Numbered from the stretch's first letter, positions 50,606 through 60,387 are shown. The stretch: 64,000 nucleotides of DNA from Bdellovibrionales bacterium (GCA_965217115.1 OZ244239.1:672001-736000), one strand, 5' to 3'. The notes: generated from the letters alone by a model not told the origin. Program-made: numbers and translations.

Positions 50606-50922
50606 TTTCTAACTCCTAATATATCCCAAAATACCGAATAAAAACATGGAGATACTCATATATTCTAAAAAGCCTCCTCTTGGCAACATAATTTTCTGTT
50701 TCAGGCCCTTTTCTTCATCACTGCCTCCCTTCTATTTGACTCATTTTGCCAAAAAACCAATGTTTTTCATTGCTATTAGTATCTCAATAGCTGTATACAA
50801 TTGGACTGTCTTGGGAGATAAGAGCTTTAAGAGGTTAAAAACACTTGATTTCTAGAAACACTTATTTGCCAGCTCAGAGACTTTTAATTTAGAGACAAAA
50901 TAGAAACAAAGGATTAGAAAAT

Positions 50923-51195
50923 ATGCTCAAACAAGGCACTAGAGGTAAATACCGCACTGAATTTTCTGGAGACTACCAGTTTGATTATAAAAACCCATAT
51001 CTTTTAGGACGTTTTCTCAGCGAAGCTGGAAAGATCACTCCCGCTCGTATTTCTAAGTTAAGTCTAAATCAACAGAGAAAGCTTGCAGCGGCTATTAAGA
51101 AATCTCGCAATCTTTCCCTTATCCCAATAGGCTCTCACGCCTACGACTCAGCTCATAGACCTGAGATTGTTTCTCCAGTCCCCTTTGAGTATTAA
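50923..51195 (+). CDS. rpsR: 30S ribosomal protein bS18 (Cys-less form)
   Basis: FDYKN..LGRFLSEAGKITPARIS..QQRKLAAAIKKSR.L.LIP. Confidence 0.93.
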   Translation: MLKQGTRGKYRTEFSGDYQFDYKNPYLLGRFLSEAGKITPARISKLSLNQQRKLAAAIKKSRNLSLIPIGSHAYDSAHRPEIVSPVPFEY

Positions 51196-51335
51196 AAATA
51201 CACTTAATTAAATAATTCTTTAAATGTTAAAGGCCCGATTCCTGGAATGCGGACCTATTATTTGTTTATTTCAAGTAAAATACTCCTCTTCTTTTCTCTA
51301 TAATCATTTATTTAGCCTCTACACGCAGAGAGCCT

Positions 51336-51351
51336 TGGCCTTCCTATTGCT
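51336..51351 (+). promoter_or_regulatory. Sigma-54 promoter for the small gene 51394..51609
   Basis: TGGC-CTTCCTA-TTGCT with exact spacing. Confidence 0.65.
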
Positions 51352-51393
51352 TTAAGAAAGTGGAACCGAACACACATACAAGGGGGTCACTTA

Positions 51394-51609
51394 ATGAAAA
51401 AATATATGGGAATCAAATGGATCAAAACTCTCAAAAAACAATTAAAAGAATTTGGACTTGATCATCATCAATGGGAGATTGTTAAAATCACTAATAATTA
51501 TGGCGAACTTACCTATAAAAAAGATCCAGATATTCGCCTGGGGGGGCAGATCAGAAAAAAACAAGGCTTACTCCAATGGAGTCGCCTCTCCCTGGTTTCA
51601 TTCTTATAA
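51394..51609 (+). CDS. Small hypothetical protein
   Basis: AGGGG RBS, upstream sigma-54 motif, FGL...W motif. Confidence 0.65.
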   Translation: MKKYMGIKWIKTLKKQLKEFGLDHHQWEIVKITNNYGELTYKKDPDIRLGGQIRKKQGLLQWSRLSLVSFL

Positions 51610-51615
51610 AACGAT

Positions 51616-52254
51616 TCAACGAAATCTGTTGCAATTATCAGAGAGAATGCTGCGTTGTAAAATTTCTCTTCGTGGCATTCCCTCTGTCCCAGGTAATAAT
51701 GTCAGAGCTTTTAATTTAAAGCTCTTCCATTTTTCCTTACCGCTATTAAAAATCAGCTTATCTCTCATTTTACAATACAAATTCATATCGTAGGCCTCTA
51801 GCCAACCATACTTATCTCCCAAACCTTCGGGGGGAGCCTCTCCCCAGCCCATCATAACCAAAAGCTCCACTCCCTTCCACAGATACCCTTCAACTTGATG
51901 AGATGATATAATCTCATCAGGTTGAGTTTTAATTTCGAGAAGTTGACGACGACACTCTGGATACACACCCTCTATTTCTAGCAAAATTTTTCTAAGACCA
52001 TGAAAATACTCTAAACACCCCCCTATGGTATTAGTCTTAAGACACAAGTCTTTTAACACTCTCAACTTTGCTTTTTTCTTCTGCTCACCAGTGCCTTCAT
52101 CAAAGAGAAAACTTTTTTTTGTCTCTTTAAAATTCTCTAATTGAGCATCACAAATAGTTCGAGGGGGGTCTGACAACACTATAAACAACGTTCCTAGGAT
52201 TAAAGCGCCTAAAACAAGAGTCGGTTTTGAAAGTTGATTAAACCAGTTTCCCAT
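51616..52254 (-). CDS. Membrane-anchored Cys-containing hypothetical protein
   Basis: N-terminal TM followed by DPPRTICDAQ, WGE.PP, six Cys. Confidence 0.75.
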   Translation of the reverse strand: MGNWFNQLSKPTLVLGALILGTLFIVLSDPPRTICDAQLENFKETKKSFLFDEGTGEQKKKAKLRVLKDLCLKTNTIGGCLEYFHGLRKILLEIEGVYPECRRQLLEIKTQPDEIISSHQVEGYLWKGVELLVMMGWGEAPPEGLGDKYGWLEAYDMNLYCKMRDKLIFNSGKEKWKSFKLKALTLLPGTEGMPRREILQRSILSDNCNRFR

Positions 52255-52420
52255 ATGCTGAATATATCATCACGGAAAAATGAACTCAAACAAAACTCTC
52301 GATGCTGTTTTTCCATTTCTTAACCCATGGAGTTATATAAGTTTTTGTTCCATTTTATTGCTATTTTATTGATTTTTTGACACAAATAACTCTAGACCAA
52401 CTTTAAACAAGGATTCTTCA

Positions 52421-53227
52421 ATGCTCTCAGTTTTTAACCGTTTTGCTCATTTAAGAATAATAGTTCTCCTGGCTTTTTCTACCTTTCCATCTTCCTATGC
52501 CTTTTCCGCAGATCTTGATTTTTCTTGGAGTAAAGTTCAAGGAGCTGCCGGAGTAGAGTATTTCTCAAACACTTACAAGAGAGGAATTCTTACCTACGGA
52601 AGTGGACAACTCATCCCTATTTATTCAATCGATCTAGGAACACCAGATATCCAATTTGCAGGTTCTTCATTCACTTTTCGTTCCTTTTTAATAGACGATA
52701 AACTTCTTTTTCGCAGTCGAATTTTTTTCGATTCCACCTTCGATCAACCACTGTACTTCTCTGCAGAAAAAGAAAATGATCGTGTACGACGAGAAGCCAC
52801 CAACGAGTTAGATCTTTTCTTAGAGTATCGCTTCCGACACCGAGGAGAGCTTACTCTCATGCTTAGTCAAGATCTGACCGCCCATTCAGGAACCTATGCT
52901 GAATTTGGTTTTCGAGCTATTCTCGCTAATTTAAAACCTAAAAATAATAGTTTTCTTATCCAACCTGCTTTTTTCGCCTCTATTGGCGGTGGAAACACAG
53001 CCCATAACAAGTATTTCTACGGAGATGGAGCCTCTGATTGGTCCTTTTCTAACTATTCCATGGGGTTCTCAATATCAAGCCCTGCTGTTATTGATATCCT
53101 ATATCCTGTACTCAAAATCACCTATTTTGGTCTTCTTGGTGACGATAACCAAACAGCCTCCTATGTAAAAAAAGGAGAGACAACTGGTTGGAATGTGATT
53201 GCTCTTGTCGCCTTTCGCGTATTCTAA
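52421..53227 (+). CDS. MipA/OmpV-like outer-membrane beta-barrel
   Basis: Signal peptide, HNKYFYG motif, C-terminal Phe. Confidence 0.7.
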   Translation: MLSVFNRFAHLRIIVLLAFSTFPSSYAFSADLDFSWSKVQGAAGVEYFSNTYKRGILTYGSGQLIPIYSIDLGTPDIQFAGSSFTFRSFLIDDKLLFRSRIFFDSTFDQPLYFSAEKENDRVRREATNELDLFLEYRFRHRGELTLMLSQDLTAHSGTYAEFGFRAILANLKPKNNSFLIQPAFFASIGGGNTAHNKYFYGDGASDWSFSNYSMGFSISSPAVIDILYPVLKITYFGLLGDDNQTASYVKKGETTGWNVIALVAFRVF

Positions 53228-53252
53228 TGGAACTAATGCCAAGCAGTTTACT

Positions 53253-53599
53253 GGTTCTTTGTGGTAAATAGTGGAACTGTTCCCAAGAGACCCATCTTGA
53301 GGGCTCTCTTTCTAAAACTATCCATGGATAACAGCGTTGTTATACATGGAGGTCAGTCATAGAAAGAGATCCATTGACCCATTGATTGAATACAGCATTT
53401 TTTTCTAGAGTCTCTCCCAAAAGAATCCAGTTCTTTTCGGCGAGTTTGGCTTGGCGACTTCCATTGCATTTCTCTGCAATGGAAGGTGACAAACGAATGT
53501 TTGAGCAAGAAAAGGGCTAGAGTCTTTTGGGAGAGACTCTAGAAAAAAAACAGCTCATCAGAAAAAAACTGGTTCCACTATTATTTGTCATAAAGAATC
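53253..53599. mobile_element. MITE copy 2 (internally deleted)
   Basis: Same ends and nested palindrome as 3091-3595; degenerate 8-bp duplication AGTTTACT/AATTTATT. Confidence 0.85.
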
Positions 53600-53602
53600 A
53601 AT

Positions 53603-55210
53603 TTATTTCACTCCAGCAAAAGACACACCCGATAATTCATGCATGTCTTTTTTCCAAGTCACTAAATCATTCTGAGACAATTGGTTCAAATGGTTATGAC
53701 CACACGCACGAGCCAGTATTTTCATTAAATGCACAGTGGCATCAAAGTAATTCTGTAATCGTTTCGCCGAAGCCTCCACTATGAACCGTTCACGAAGATT
53801 TTTTTTCTGTGTTGCTATGCCCACTGGACAGTTGTTGGTTTGACAGGCTCTCATTCCTAAACAACCGATGGCTTGCAACGCCGAATTAGAAACTGCAATT
53901 GCATCAGCGCCCATAGACAAAGCCTTAGCAAAATCATCAGCTGTTCGTAAACCACCAGTAATTATTAAACTCACGTCACTTCTTTCCAAATCATCCAAGT
54001 GACGACGCGCTCGTGCCAGAGCAGGAATTGTCGGCACTGAAATATTGTCACGAAATAAAATCGGCGCGGCCCCTGTGCCGCCTCCACGACCATCTAAAAT
54101 AATATAATCCACACCAATCTCTAAGGCAGCATCAATGTCCTTTTCAATATGTTGAGCAGATAATTTATAACCAATAGGAATTCCACCCGTTTCTTCTCTC
54201 ACTTTTTGAGAAAACTCTTTGATCGGTTCCAGGCTCTCCCAATCTGGAAAACGAGACGGAGAAATAGCATCCTGTCCATCTTCCAAACCTCTGACTTGAG
54301 CAATCTTTCCTCTTACTTTCTCACCAGGAAGATGTCCGCCTGTTCCCGTCTTAGCTCCCTGACCTCCTTTAAAATGAAAAGCCTGGCATTTTTTTACCTT
54401 CTCCATCGAAAAACCAAATCGTGCAGAAGCTAATTCATAAAAATAACGAGAGTTGGCGGCTTGCTCTTCTGGCAACATCCCCCCTTCTCCACTACAAATA
54501 CCTGTCCCTGATTTTTCCGCCCCCAGAGCCAACGCCACTTTTGCCTCTTCTGATAAAGCCCCAAAACTCATATCCGATACAAAGATGGGTATGTCTAATT
54601 TCAACGGTTTTTTAGCGTTTGGTCCAATAATGACCTCTGAACCTACAGACTCTTCATCTAATCTGGGAACATTAGCTAACTGGGCTGTTACAAATTGAAT
54701 ATCTTGCCAACTAGGTAATTCCCCTCTGGGAACACCCATCGCAGACATCGGCCCATGATGGCCCACATTTTTTAAACCATTTTTTGCCAATTCTTGAATC
54801 TGATTATTAAATGGCTCCTCTTCAGAGCCATGAATATCCTGATAACTCCCAAGATATTCGTCTCTATTAAACGGCTGTGGATTTTTTTCCTGCCAAGAAG
54901 ATATCTCTTCCTCATCCACCCAAATTTCTTCTTTTTCTACCCAGCTCTGAAATTTATGTAACTTTTCACTGTTATTATATTCACTCACCCCTGTGTCATA
55001 ACGGTAATCCCAATTATGAACACCACAAATAAGGTTCTCACCGTCGATATGACCATCAGCTAATAGAGCCCCCCGGTGATGACAGCGACCATATAAAACA
55101 GACACTTCCCCACCGTAGCGGATCACAACTAAGTCCACATTGGCAACTAACGCATAGTAAGGTTCACGATCTTTTACATTTGAAAAATCAGCTATTTTTA
55201 TTTTTTTCAT
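53603..55210 (-). CDS. Rieske [2Fe-2S] domain fused to an FMN-binding glutamate synthase-family domain
   Basis: CHHRG..CGVHNW Rieske motif; MSFGALS, GEGG, GQGAKTGTGGHLPG, DGRGGGTGAAP, CLGMRACQTNNCPVG. Confidence 0.9.
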   Translation of the reverse strand: MKKIKIADFSNVKDREPYYALVANVDLVVIRYGGEVSVLYGRCHHRGALLADGHIDGENLICGVHNWDYRYDTGVSEYNNSEKLHKFQSWVEKEEIWVDEEEISSWQEKNPQPFNRDEYLGSYQDIHGSEEEPFNNQIQELAKNGLKNVGHHGPMSAMGVPRGELPSWQDIQFVTAQLANVPRLDEESVGSEVIIGPNAKKPLKLDIPIFVSDMSFGALSEEAKVALALGAEKSGTGICSGEGGMLPEEQAANSRYFYELASARFGFSMEKVKKCQAFHFKGGQGAKTGTGGHLPGEKVRGKIAQVRGLEDGQDAISPSRFPDWESLEPIKEFSQKVREETGGIPIGYKLSAQHIEKDIDAALEIGVDYIILDGRGGGTGAAPILFRDNISVPTIPALARARRHLDDLERSDVSLIITGGLRTADDFAKALSMGADAIAVSNSALQAIGCLGMRACQTNNCPVGIATQKKNLRERFIVEASAKRLQNYFDATVHLMKILARACGHNHLNQLSQNDLVTWKKDMHELSGVSFAGVK

Positions 55211-55998
55211 TGCCTCTCTCCATTCCTTGGTAATCGTTTAATGCTCTCAGGGCGAAGTTTATAAACAAACATATCTCCCCATTTTTCTATCTTACCTTCT
55301 GCTTGCACTAAGTCACCGATAAAGGGAATGATCGACTCTAGAATAGGTTCTCCATCCTCTGTTAACAGTAAATAAAAAGTCTCCCGCAAGAACCTATCTC
55401 GTACGACAAACATGGGAGGTATCCCACCTTTGATACACAGAGTCGCACAAGCCTTGTGAGTCTTCCCACCCCCTGGTTTCATCGCTCCGATATAGCATTT
55501 AGGGTCAATGATCTCTCCCTTAAGGGAGTTCTCGCCTAAAGAGATCACTGGAGAGAAATCCTCTGGGATATGACTAAGAGTCTCTGCAGGCAAAACACGA
55601 ATAGCACTCTCAGCATCTAAGATAGAAAAAAGAAATCGACCCTCTTTATGAATCATCACTCCAGTAAGTTCAACGGCTTTACCTCCAAGCCCCTTAATAC
55701 GCTTTTTTACTCCTGACTTAATCATTGAAGTCAAAATCGCTGTCTGTATTGAACCATCCTTGTGCTGAAAACGAGCAAGACCATATGGCTTCGTCCACAG
55801 GCGAGTCTGAATTTTCATCGCACTCACTCCAGATGCGTCCCACCCCTGTCCATCACCTGGAAGTTTTTGATTCTTAGCAATTAAAAAACCTAAACCCAAA
55901 ATCAATGGGAACATAAAAGACAAAAGGACCTTCAAAAAACGACGGTGCCTAGAAGGCATCGGAAAGTACCCCACATAGAAATCATCCTCTTTATTCAT
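55207..55998 (-). CDS. Membrane-anchored protein with a Cys/His motif
   Basis: FYVGY N-terminus, one TM, GEIIDPKCYIGAMKPG.GKTHKACATLCIKGGIPP; overlaps both neighbours. Confidence 0.8.
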   Translation of the reverse strand: MNKEDDFYVGYFPMPSRHRRFLKVLLSFMFPLILGLGFLIAKNQKLPGDGQGWDASGVSAMKIQTRLWTKPYGLARFQHKDGSIQTAILTSMIKSGVKKRIKGLGGKAVELTGVMIHKEGRFLFSILDAESAIRVLPAETLSHIPEDFSPVISLGENSLKGEIIDPKCYIGAMKPGGGKTHKACATLCIKGGIPPMFVVRDRFLRETFYLLLTEDGEPILESIIPFIGDLVQAEGKIEKWGDMFVYKLRPESIKRLPRNGERQ

Positions 55999-57049
55999 TC
56001 GTTACCTCACAGCCCGTGGATGGTTCAATATACACACCTACCCCCTCTGTCTCAGGCCAAACATAAACATACCCATCACTCACCTTGGTTCTATAGGTCG
56101 ATATTTTTTCCTCAAATGGAGGGGGACTTTGACCATCCTCTGGACGGTACTGCCAACCATGCCAAGGACAGGTAATACAACCATCTATCACTCGACCCTC
56201 ACTCAACGGCCCCCCTTGATGGGCGCAAAGATTCGTCACTGCATTAAATCCCTTAGCGTGCTTGAAAACAGCTATCCTCTCTCCACCCTCTGCACAAACG
56301 ACCTTGGCCTTATCTTTAGCAAAAGCATCAGCAGGAGCTACGGATAACCAGCCCTCTCCATCTAAAGTCTTTCCTCTATCTTTTTTATTCTCTTTAAAAA
56401 AAGCAATGAGGTGTAAGCCCACGACAACAGTCAAACCCAATCCCATCAACCACACATAAGCAGGTGCCTCTTCCGACTGCAGCACTCCCAATGCCACATG
56501 GATCACCACCGCGGCATAGGCCACATAAATCAACATATGAATACCTTTCCAAATATCCCGACCCAGATTTCTTTGCCAGAAGTCATGGCTCGTCGACGCC
56601 AATAACAAGAGAATTAACAGCGCCACCAACCCAAATACCTCAAAAGGAAACGCTGTAAAACTTGTATACTCTGAACTACTCGTCAACAAAGAGACAAAAG
56701 GGTTTATCTTACCAAAACTATGATAAAAGAACGTGACCAATGCAGCATGTAGCAAAGAGATAATGGCTGTCATCACACCCAAATGACGACGATTATAAAC
56801 TAACGGTAAAAACAATGGATTTAAACGAGCCAGAGGTCCCATTAATAAAATCACATGGAGCAACACAAGTGCGCAGCTACCAAAAGCGCGAATTAAAAGA
56901 ACTATCCCACTGAGCTGCTGATTCTCTGGCAAGAAAAACACACTGCCAAATATATAAGCCAAGATATAAGAAGTAATAAGACCCGCCGCAATCCAATCAT
57001 ACCATCTCTTATGCCCCGTCCATTGCACTGTCACATAATTAGCACTCAT
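55991..57049 (-). CDS. Ferric reductase-like (MsrQ-type, heme b) transmembrane domain fused to a Rieske domain
   Basis: GPLARL..YNRRHLG, TSHDFW..WKGIHMLIY..Y..VIH; C-terminal CAHQGG..CPWHGW. Confidence 0.88.
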   Translation of the reverse strand: MSANYVTVQWTGHKRWYDWIAAGLITSYILAYIFGSVFFLPENQQLSGIVLLIRAFGSCALVLLHVILLMGPLARLNPLFLPLVYNRRHLGVMTAIISLLHAALVTFFYHSFGKINPFVSLLTSSSEYTSFTAFPFEVFGLVALLILLLLASTSHDFWQRNLGRDIWKGIHMLIYVAYAAVVIHVALGVLQSEEAPAYVWLMGLGLTVVVGLHLIAFFKENKKDRGKTLDGEGWLSVAPADAFAKDKAKVVCAEGGERIAVFKHAKGFNAVTNLCAHQGGPLSEGRVIDGCITCPWHGWQYRPEDGQSPPPFEEKISTYRTKVSDGYVYVWPETEGVGVYIEPSTGCEVTNE

Positions 57050-57102
57050 TAAAGATAAAACTCCCTTTTACAAATAATAAAAATAACATCTCAACAGTAA
57101 AT

Positions 57103-57198
57103 TCATCTCAAGAAAATAGACAATAGAAATACAATTCCAATAATTACACCCAAAACCACCCATAATCGGCCGTGCCATAAACGATGATGACGCGTCAT
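57103..57198 (-). CDS. Small single-TM protein MTRHHRLWHGRLWVVLGVIIGIVFLLSIFLR, not in the ORF track
   Basis: ATG overlaps the stop of 57198..57398 (TAATG); basic N-terminus followed by one TM helix. Confidence 0.6.
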   Translation of the reverse strand: MTRHHRLWHGRLWVVLGVIIGIVFLLSIFLR

Positions 57199-57398
57199 TA
57201 CCCTCTCCTCAATATTTTTATTAATAACCAAGGCCAGATGAGAACCGATGCTGGCATTAACAACAAGCAAAAACTAACACTTGAAGACTTCACAACAGGG
57301 TCCAAAATTTTAGCTCCTTTTAAAATAAAGAATATAGCGAAGCAAAATCCTAAGATTAAATAACTCGCCACTAGAAATAAAAAAATCTCAACTACCAT
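57198..57398 (-). CDS. Small two-TM membrane protein
   Basis: 66 aa, Y...G..FA..F...G...LDP....S...F..L..P....WP pattern; first gene of the redox cluster. Confidence 0.7.
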   Translation of the reverse strand: MVVEIFLFLVASYLILGFCFAIFFILKGAKILDPVVKSSSVSFCLLLMPASVLIWPWLLIKILRRG

Positions 57399-57474
57399 GT
57401 GCCTGCCTTCACAGTCATCCGTAATATAGGATGATTATTATTTGGAATAATATTACTCACAACTTAATATCTCT

Positions 57475-58038
57475 CTACCTTACGGAAGTACCGCAGTTTT
57501 TGTACTGCTCTTGATTAATAGGATTAAAGGCCTTCCAGCTTTGCCGTCTCTTAGTGCTTTGTAACCATATGTTTTTATCTTTACTACAGAAAAAAATACG
57601 ATGCTTGTTCACTTTATACGTTCTTACTATTTCAACTACGCTACGAAAAAAACCGCTCAGTGCTTGCTTTTTTAGTTCTCCAAAACTCTCCTTAGCTATG
57701 CCAATATTTATTAACACTAAAGGGAAAACCTTTTGCAAATGCACCTTTTGTGCGTTCTGAGAAGATATTGAGTTCATGCTTGCCTGAACCTTCTTAGAAA
57801 TCAATGATAGCTGAGAATTACTACGTGCTGTATCTTTAGGGAAATCCACTAAAACTTCATGTAGATTCACGACTTCGTCTAATAATTTATTAACCTTCTC
57901 TGTTAAATCAGAAGAGAGTGCAATATCTCGATGCCTTCTGGCTTCAACATAGAGCGTCGCCGCAACAATAAGAGCTATCAAAAAAATATTTTTCACAAAG
58001 GCCACCTTAAACACAAGAGCCGAAAATCTTAACATCAA
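57475..58038 (-). CDS. DUF3347-like exported protein (possible metal binding)
   Basis: Helical domain ending FFC..KNIWLQ..FNP..YKNCG, resembling DUF3347-type C-termini. Confidence 0.55.
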   Translation of the reverse strand: MMLRFSALVFKVAFVKNIFLIALIVAATLYVEARRHRDIALSSDLTEKVNKLLDEVVNLHEVLVDFPKDTARSNSQLSLISKKVQASMNSISSQNAQKVHLQKVFPLVLINIGIAKESFGELKKQALSGFFRSVVEIVRTYKVNKHRIFFCSKDKNIWLQSTKRRQSWKAFNPINQEQYKNCGTSVR

Positions 58039-58211
58039 TCTTCAAGCTCCCCTTAGACCATACACAAGGTAAATCTCAATATTTACTTCAAAATAACGCG
58101 CCGAGCAGTGTCTTCTTTTTTTTTAAACTTCCCTCCCCTCCTCTCTTAATATATGTTGTCAGCTAAAGGTCTGGTCTCAAGCCAGAGAATCTATTAAAAA
58201 GGAGCCATTTT

Positions 58212-58551
58212 ATGAAAAAAATCATTTTTATTTTAGGGGCAGTTTTACTCTCCTTCAACTTAGCATCTGCCAAAGAAGAGCAGTGCTTGAGAAAAGGTCA
58301 CAACACTTGAAAGACTTGTCGAAACTCTTGATCTTAAAGTTCGTCTTTTAGAGCGAAGCATCAGAAGAGATAGACCCGCCTGCATATTTTATCGCTGTAA
58401 TGCCCGTTCAGTCTATACTACCAGACATTTTACAGCGACAGGAAGAACAAAGTGCGAAGCAGTTTCAAATGTCATAGAGACGTGCAGAATAGCTGGTGAA
58501 AAGTGCCTAGATCTCGATGGGTTGATGGGGTGCCTCCAAACTCGCTACTAA
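58212..58551 (+). pseudogene. Frameshifted gene for a secreted Cys-rich protein
   Basis: AGGAG RBS and a signal peptide in a frame that stops at 58310. The +1 frame continues from ~58291 (..KVTTLERLVE..CIFYRC..GRTKCEA..C..C..C) to TAA at 58551. Total length 340 = 339+1. Confidence 0.7.
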
Positions 58552-58573
58552 GTATTTTTTAGTTTCGTAAAAA

Positions 58574-58599
58574 AATTGGCCCGTCGAAGCGGGCCAATT
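58574..58599. terminator. Intrinsic terminator hairpin
   Basis: AATTGGCCCG-TCGAAG-CGGGCCAATT. Confidence 0.75.
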
Positions 58600-59013
58600 A
58601 ATAATTTACTAAATAGTTGTTTTATTTCATAAGATTGTGAAGATTTTGTCCGGGCTTTATAGATTTCATAGACTTTATAGACTGCGTAGACTTCTGCATC
58701 TGCATAGTTGCAGGAAAGCCTGGTAAAAGATTATCATTACTGCACTCTATGGCAGTGGCTGCCTCCCCTACTGTTAAACTAAAAGACACTGTTTTAGTCT
58801 CCCCTCCCATTGCCGTTAAATTTATTTCACTAAATACCTAGAAGCAATTCTTGGTCCAATAATATAAAACCCTAAAGAACTTATATTATTAAATAATTCT
58901 TCCTGCTGCTGATTTCTCCACCAAAAAAAACTATTAATTAGTCAGTCTATGCCAAAACAGGCTCCTTTACCCAAAATCTGCTAAGCCTGAACAGTTCAGT
59001 CTCTAAAAAAAAA

Positions 59014-59477
59014 GGTTCTTTATGACAAACAATAGTGGATCCAGTTTTTTTCTGATGAGCTGTTTTTTTTTTAGAGTCTCTCCCAAAAGAATCCAGCCCT
59101 TTTCTTGCTCAAACAGCCGTTTGTCACCTTCCATTGCAGAAAAATGCAATGGAAGTCGCCAAGCCAAACTCGCCGAAAAGAACTGGATTCTTTTGGGAGA
59201 GACTCTAGAAAAAAGGACGTATTCAATCAATTGAGTCAATGGATCTTTAGTGTAATATCAAAGGGAATTGTACAAAAGAAAGACTGGGAAGGCCAAAGTG
59301 TTGGTTTAGAAATAGGTCATTTCTTCTGGACAAATTTCCTCGAGAGTTTAAAACGAATAATCATAAACCTGGACTGACCTCCATGTATAACAACGCTGTT
59401 ATCCATGGATAGTTTTAGAAAGAAAGCCCTCAAGATGAGTCTCTTGGGAACAGTTCCACTATTTATCACAAAGAACC
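59014..59477. mobile_element. MITE copy 3 (inverted orientation)
   Basis: TIRs GGTTCTTTATGACAAACAATAGTGGA/TCCACTATTTATCACAAAGAACC, flanked by A9 runs; reverse complement of copy 1 with a ~55-bp internal deletion. Confidence 0.88.
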
Positions 59478-59509
59478 AAAAAAAAACGGGGTGCTTTCCC
59501 AGCACCCCG
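59478..59509 (-). terminator. Intrinsic terminator of the beta-barrel gene
   Basis: CGGGGTGCT-TTCCC-AGCACCCCG with an A-run on +. Confidence 0.75.
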
Positions 59510-59541
59510 CCTTAGTTATTTTATATTATATCGATTTTAAT

Positions 59542-60168
59542 TTAGAAATAATTTACTATGCCTAGATAAAGCCCATTGCCAGTGAAATCAGTTTCAACAT
59601 CCCTTATTTTATAACTTGAAAGGAATCGAGACTTTAAGCTCGCACTTACACCCCAATAATCTTGGCCCGCAGGAAACCATTTCAATCCAAAAGATCCTTT
59701 AAACCCAGAGTAACTTATAGAATCTTTTTGGTTTGATGAATATTCATACTGAAGTGCAACAAAAGGGATAAGATCGTTTCCTTTTTTATTCTCTATAAAG
59801 AAATAAGAAAATGTCGGGCCTATACCAAATGTATCTGCATCACTGCCTACATCTATCCCAATCTCAAAAAGTTTATAATTTTTTGAAAACTCAACAGCTA
59901 TCTTTCTTGTTTCATTATCTGGTCCATTTTCAAATTTAGAATTGGAAAATTCAGATTTTATTGTAAACCCATACTCTCTATTGAAATCACTCTTCCCTTG
60001 GGGACTACCAGAAGCATTAATTTTATAATATTTATTTACTTTTAGTTTATTTCCAGAGACAACCTTGACCACAATTTTTTTTCCTTTAACCCTCAAAACC
60101 TTCACTTCTGTTGAAAAAACAGATAAAGGGAACGCAAGAAGGACACATATACTAAATAAAAATTTCAT
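59542..60168 (-). CDS. Small outer-membrane beta-barrel protein
   Basis: AGGAGG RBS, start MKFLFS at 60168, signal peptide, amphipathic strands, terminal YF. Confidence 0.75.
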   Translation of the reverse strand: MKFLFSICVLLAFPLSVFSTEVKVLRVKGKKIVVKVVSGNKLKVNKYYKINASGSPQGKSDFNREYGFTIKSEFSNSKFENGPDNETRKIAVEFSKNYKLFEIGIDVGSDADTFGIGPTFSYFFIENKKGNDLIPFVALQYEYSSNQKDSISYSGFKGSFGLKWFPAGQDYWGVSASLKSRFLSSYKIRDVETDFTGNGLYLGIVNYF

Positions 60169-60269
60169 TCTAAAACCTCCTGAGATCTTCTTCTTTTGAC
60201 ACAATAACAGTAACAATACAGATGCAGATGCAGATACATATAGACAACAGCAACCAAGACAAAGGTCAT
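60165..60269 (-). CDS. 34-aa upstream peptide MTFVLVAVVYMYLHLHLYCYCYCVKRRRSQEVLE
   Basis: AAGGAGG RBS 5 nt before ATG; its TGA overlaps the ATG of the barrel gene (ATGA). Confidence 0.5.
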   Translation of the reverse strand: MTFVLVAVVYMYLHLHLYCYCYCVKRRRSQEVLE

Positions 60270-60387
60270 ATTGACCTCCTTAGATTTTAAAAACATTCAA
60301 AAAAGAACCTCCATCAATATTCAATGGCGAAAAAAGACGGAAAGGGCATAGACACGTCATTAGACAACCTCTATTATTCCTAGATTA

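Noticed and set aside
58622..58810. 62-aa minus-strand ORF as an intact gene
   Set aside because: No RBS, and an in-frame stop lies shortly upstream. It may be a gene remnant, but I cannot support a call.
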